Origin: Pelagomonas calceolata
Taxonomy: Eukaryota
NCBI GenBank assembly: GCA_918797485.1
Contig: CAKKNE010000006.1
Coordinates: forward strand, 930,001-994,000
Length of the DNA stretch: 64,000 nt
Direction: 5' to 3'
This document shows, in pieces, positions 61,312 through 64,000 of this stretch (position 1 is its first letter; every line of letters begins with the position of its first letter). A model generated the notes under the pieces. The model searched no databases and had not been told where the DNA came from. It was given only the letters and a program-made list of their open reading frames with translations. Position numbers and translations under genes: made by a program.

Positions 61312-63240
61312 TTATACCTCTAGGATTGTCCTCAACGCGCCCGCGGCGGCGAGAAAGTCGTCGTCGTCCGCGACCGCCACGAGCTCGCCGAGCGTGTCCA
61401 GAAGTCGACCGTGCGTGGCGGCCCCCAGCAGCTCTGCCGCCGTCCCGGTAGCCGCGTCCAGCAGCAGGTTGTGGAGCGCCTTGCACGCGACGGCGGCCAG
61501 GTCCAAATCCTGGACGCCCGCGCGGCGTACGACGGCCACCAACTCCTCGTGCGCCTTGTGCTCCCACAGCACGTCGCGTCCGTCCACGGCCGCGTTGACA
61601 AGCGCCCCCGTCGCGGCGAAGACGACGTCCCGGGCCGGATGCCCGAGGAGCAGGACCAGCGCCTCGACGACGCCCAGGCGCCGCATGGCGCGCCGCGCGT
61701 CCTCGTCGCGACTGAAGTTGCCGAACGCGCGCGCGGCCTCCGAGACGGCCTCATGGTTTTCGTGAACCGTGACGGCGAGGAGCGACACGCAGACCGCGTC
61801 CAGGTCGGCGAAGAGGCCCCGGGCGCGGCCCTCCAGCGCGTAATAGCTGAGGTTCGTGACACACGACACCACGTTCAGTGCGAGCTCCTCGCAATCGCGC
61901 CGCAGCGCCGCATCAAGCGCTTCTGGTAATATCGCGACGGCTTGGTGCGTCGCGACCGCGACCCCGACCTCCGGCGTGATCGCCGCGTTCGCCGCGAGGC
62001 GCACGAGGCGGATCGAGAGTTGCTCCGCCGCCTCGTCGTTTGCATCGTCCACGAAGTCCCGCGCGGCCCGGCCCGCGAGCCGCGCGATCTCCGGCGCGCG
62101 GTCCGCGAGCGCCGCCCGGGTCTCGTCGCGGCCCGCGGCGAGGTTCCCGAGGCCAAACGCGAGGCGCACGGCCGCTTGGGACCGGCGCGGGTCGTCCCGC
62201 CGTGCGTCGAACGACGCCCGAAGCGCGTCCGCGAGCGCGTCGAGTCCGTCGCGATGCCCGTGCAGCGCGCGGCGCGTCCCCTCGTGCAGCGACAGCTTCG
62301 CGAGCGCGCGCGCCGCGTGGAGCACGACGTCGGCGTCGCCCTCGAAGGGCACGAGGAGCGCAGCAAGCGCCCTGGACGCGCCGCCGGCCTCGAGCGGCTT
62401 GAGCGCGCCCCGGTCGCCGCTCAGGTTCCGGAGCGCGCCGGCGGCCTGGGCCGCGAGGCGCGCCACGTGCCGCGTCGTCGCCCGCGCCGCGCAGGCGCGC
62501 GCCAGGTCGCACGCCACGCCGGCGACGCCCGCCGCCGCGAGGCGGCGGAGCGAGGCCTCGTCGTTCGTCAGGTTCTTGAGCGCGCCGGCGCAGTACACCA
62601 GCGCTTCGACGTACTCTTCAGATCCGCCCTGCAGCTCGGCCGCGCCGCGCGCCGCGTACCGCACGAGTCCGGGCACGACCTTCTCGTCGAAGAACAACGC
62701 GTCGTGGGCGGGCGACCGCGACACGTCGAACGCGGCGCGGCACGCAACGAGCGTGGTTTCGGCGTCGCCGGGGAGGTCCCGCGACCCGTCCAGGAGCTTC
62801 ATCGTCTCCCGCGACACCGCGAGGCGCGTCTGCGCGTCGTCGTGCGCGAGGGCGGCGGCGAGCGCCGCGAGCACGGCGCGCCGGCCAACCGAATCACGCG
62901 AATTGAACGTGCCCGTCCCGAACCACGGCGCCAGGGCCCGTTGCAACACGTCACAGGCGGCGGAGCTGTCGAGCTCGACCACGTTCGCGAGGCATCGCGC
63001 TGCCGCGCGCAGCGCGCGGTCCTCGGCGGCCTGGCGCGGGTCCTCGTCGGGCGGCGCGGCGGGCGGCGCGGCGGGCGGCGCGGCGGCGTCGGCTGGCGGG
63101 TCCGCGGGCAGTCCTCGGACCGGCGCGGCGGCGCCGAGGCTCCGGTCGCGGCGCAGCGCGTGCGGCGTGAACGGCCGCGACGGATCCTTGAGGCTCGCAC
63201 GGGCCTCGGACAGCGCCGACGCGATGGTGCCGCCGCCCAC
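61312..63240 (-). CDS. ARMC2: Armadillo repeat protein, ARMC2-like (true start unresolved)
   Basis: 'EARASL..SRPFTP' N-motif; ARM repeats 'LVYCAGALKNL', 'RALAKLS', 'RLAFGLGNL', 'EAARAFGNFSR'. No in-frame ATG before an upstream TAG at 63292-94, so a 5' exon is probably missing from this call. Confidence 0.8.
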   Translation of the reverse strand: MGGGTIASALSEARASLKDPSRPFTPHALRRDRSLGAAAPVRGLPADPPADAAAPPAAPPAAPPDEDPRQAAEDRALRAAARCLANVVELDSSAACDVLQRALAPWFGTGTFNSRDSVGRRAVLAALAAALAHDDAQTRLAVSRETMKLLDGSRDLPGDAETTLVACRAAFDVSRSPAHDALFFDEKVVPGLVRYAARGAAELQGGSEEYVEALVYCAGALKNLTNDEASLRRLAAAGVAGVACDLARACAARATTRHVARLAAQAAGALRNLSGDRGALKPLEAGGASRALAALLVPFEGDADVVLHAARALAKLSLHEGTRRALHGHRDGLDALADALRASFDARRDDPRRSQAAVRLAFGLGNLAAGRDETRAALADRAPEIARLAGRAARDFVDDANDEAAEQLSIRLVRLAANAAITPEVGVAVATHQAVAILPEALDAALRRDCEELALNVVSCVTNLSYYALEGRARGLFADLDAVCVSLLAVTVHENHEAVSEAARAFGNFSRDEDARRAMRRLGVVEALVLLLGHPARDVVFAATGALVNAAVDGRDVLWEHKAHEELVAVVRRAGVQDLDLAAVACKALHNLLLDAATGTAAELLGAATHGRLLDTLGELVAVADDDDFLAAAGALRTILEV

Positions 63241-63610
63241 GGCGGGCTTGCGCCGGATGCGCCTTGCTATGGGGGGCTCCAGGGTGATGTGCTACTCGCG
63301 TACCGGGCAAAGGGCAGCTCGCAGGTAGAGCTGTGGTGCGGGAACGAAATTCTAATGGCCGGATTCCCACGTCTACTGCTTCTCTCCTCCTCTCACCGTT
63401 GTCCGCTTTGCTAGGCATCCCTAGTGTCTCACAAGGTAGCTGCATCAGCTGGCTACCCAAACGGGGTTTATACGCAGTTCGTTTATCGGTGTTCGCCGAG
63501 TCATAGAGCTGCCTATAGATTACTATCGTGCGGGGTACGGGGTACGGGAAGGAGGCATGGCTGCCCATAGAGCAGAGCTATTGCAGCACAAAATGAAGTC
63601 GTAGGCATCT

Positions 63611-64000
63611 ATGTTGCTTAGGACAGTGGTCGCGGCAGCCGTGCTGCTGCGCGGCGCGGGCGCATGCACGGCGACGCTGAGCATAGACATCGACGGCGTC
63701 TCGGTGAAGCTCGCGTTCGACAACACGTCCTCTGTGTTCGGCACGGCGCTCCGGCACGTCGCCGAGCTTGGAGACGCCCACGGCGGCGGCCTGATGGGTG
63801 GGAGTTGCGAGACCGGCGACGCGTTTTGCGCCGCCGGCGAGCTCGCGGACGGCGCGCACGCGCTCCTCGCGGAGCGGTGCGGCGACGGCGACGGCGGCGA
63901 CGCGCGTCCCGCGCCGCTGGACGTCCTACAAGTCGGCGCCCACGAAGGAGACAGCCCGGGCGACCCGCTGTACGCCTGGCTGCGGCACCGCGCCGCGCCG
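63611..64000 (+). CDS. Secreted FkbM-like methyltransferase, 3'-partial
   Basis: Manual translation: 'MLLRTVVAAAVLLRGAGA..LSIDIDGVSV..GGSCETGDAFCAAGEL..DVLQVGAHEGDSPGDPLYAWL'; open to the window end. Confidence 0.75.
   Translation, partial: MLLRTVVAAAVLLRGAGACTATLSIDIDGVSVKLAFDNTSSVFGTALRHVAELGDAHGGGLMGGSCETGDAFCAAGELADGAHALLAERCGDGDGGDARPAPLDVLQVGAHEGDSPGDPLYAWLRHRAAP

Noticed and set aside
1..64000. Bacterial origin of the contig (capsule locus)
   Set aside because: Spliceosomal introns, UBC2, NCBP1, ARMC2, organelle presequences and alternating gene orientation show a eukaryotic nuclear genome.

Overview
A very GC-rich, gene-dense eukaryotic window. It most resembles a pelagophyte alga (Aureococcus/Pelagomonas-like). 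This assignment is an inference from the bipartite plastid presequences, short GT/GC-AG introns and introner-type introns with 8-bp target-site duplications. A thin scaffold of housekeeping genes (NCBP1, LRRC43-like, trpC, UBC2/RAD6, PSMG3-like, a cytochrome-b5 fatty-acid desaturase, SDHA, ARMC2-like) is interleaved with about 20 genes for glycan synthesis and tailoring. These comprise about 13 SAM-methyltransferase domains, several glycosyltransferase-like families, a sulfotransferase, a nucleotide-sugar transporter, a UDP-glucuronate 4-epimerase, a DesI/VioA-type sugar aminotransferase, two ATP-grasp enzymes and a glycosyltransferase-like/myo-inositol-oxygenase-like fusion. Most have signal peptides. 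Many share a recurring module (..IDG..A..F..GxGC..CV..L) that I cannot name, and several share near-identical DNA blocks with neighbours, which points to local domain shuffling. The window also holds introner-like elements, a 53-bp templated insertion with 11-bp flanking repeats, a duplicated ARMC2 3' end, and a CTAG-bounded intergenic motif found five times. All protein calls come from motif recognition by eye, with no database searches. No rRNA, tRNA or CRISPR array was seen.
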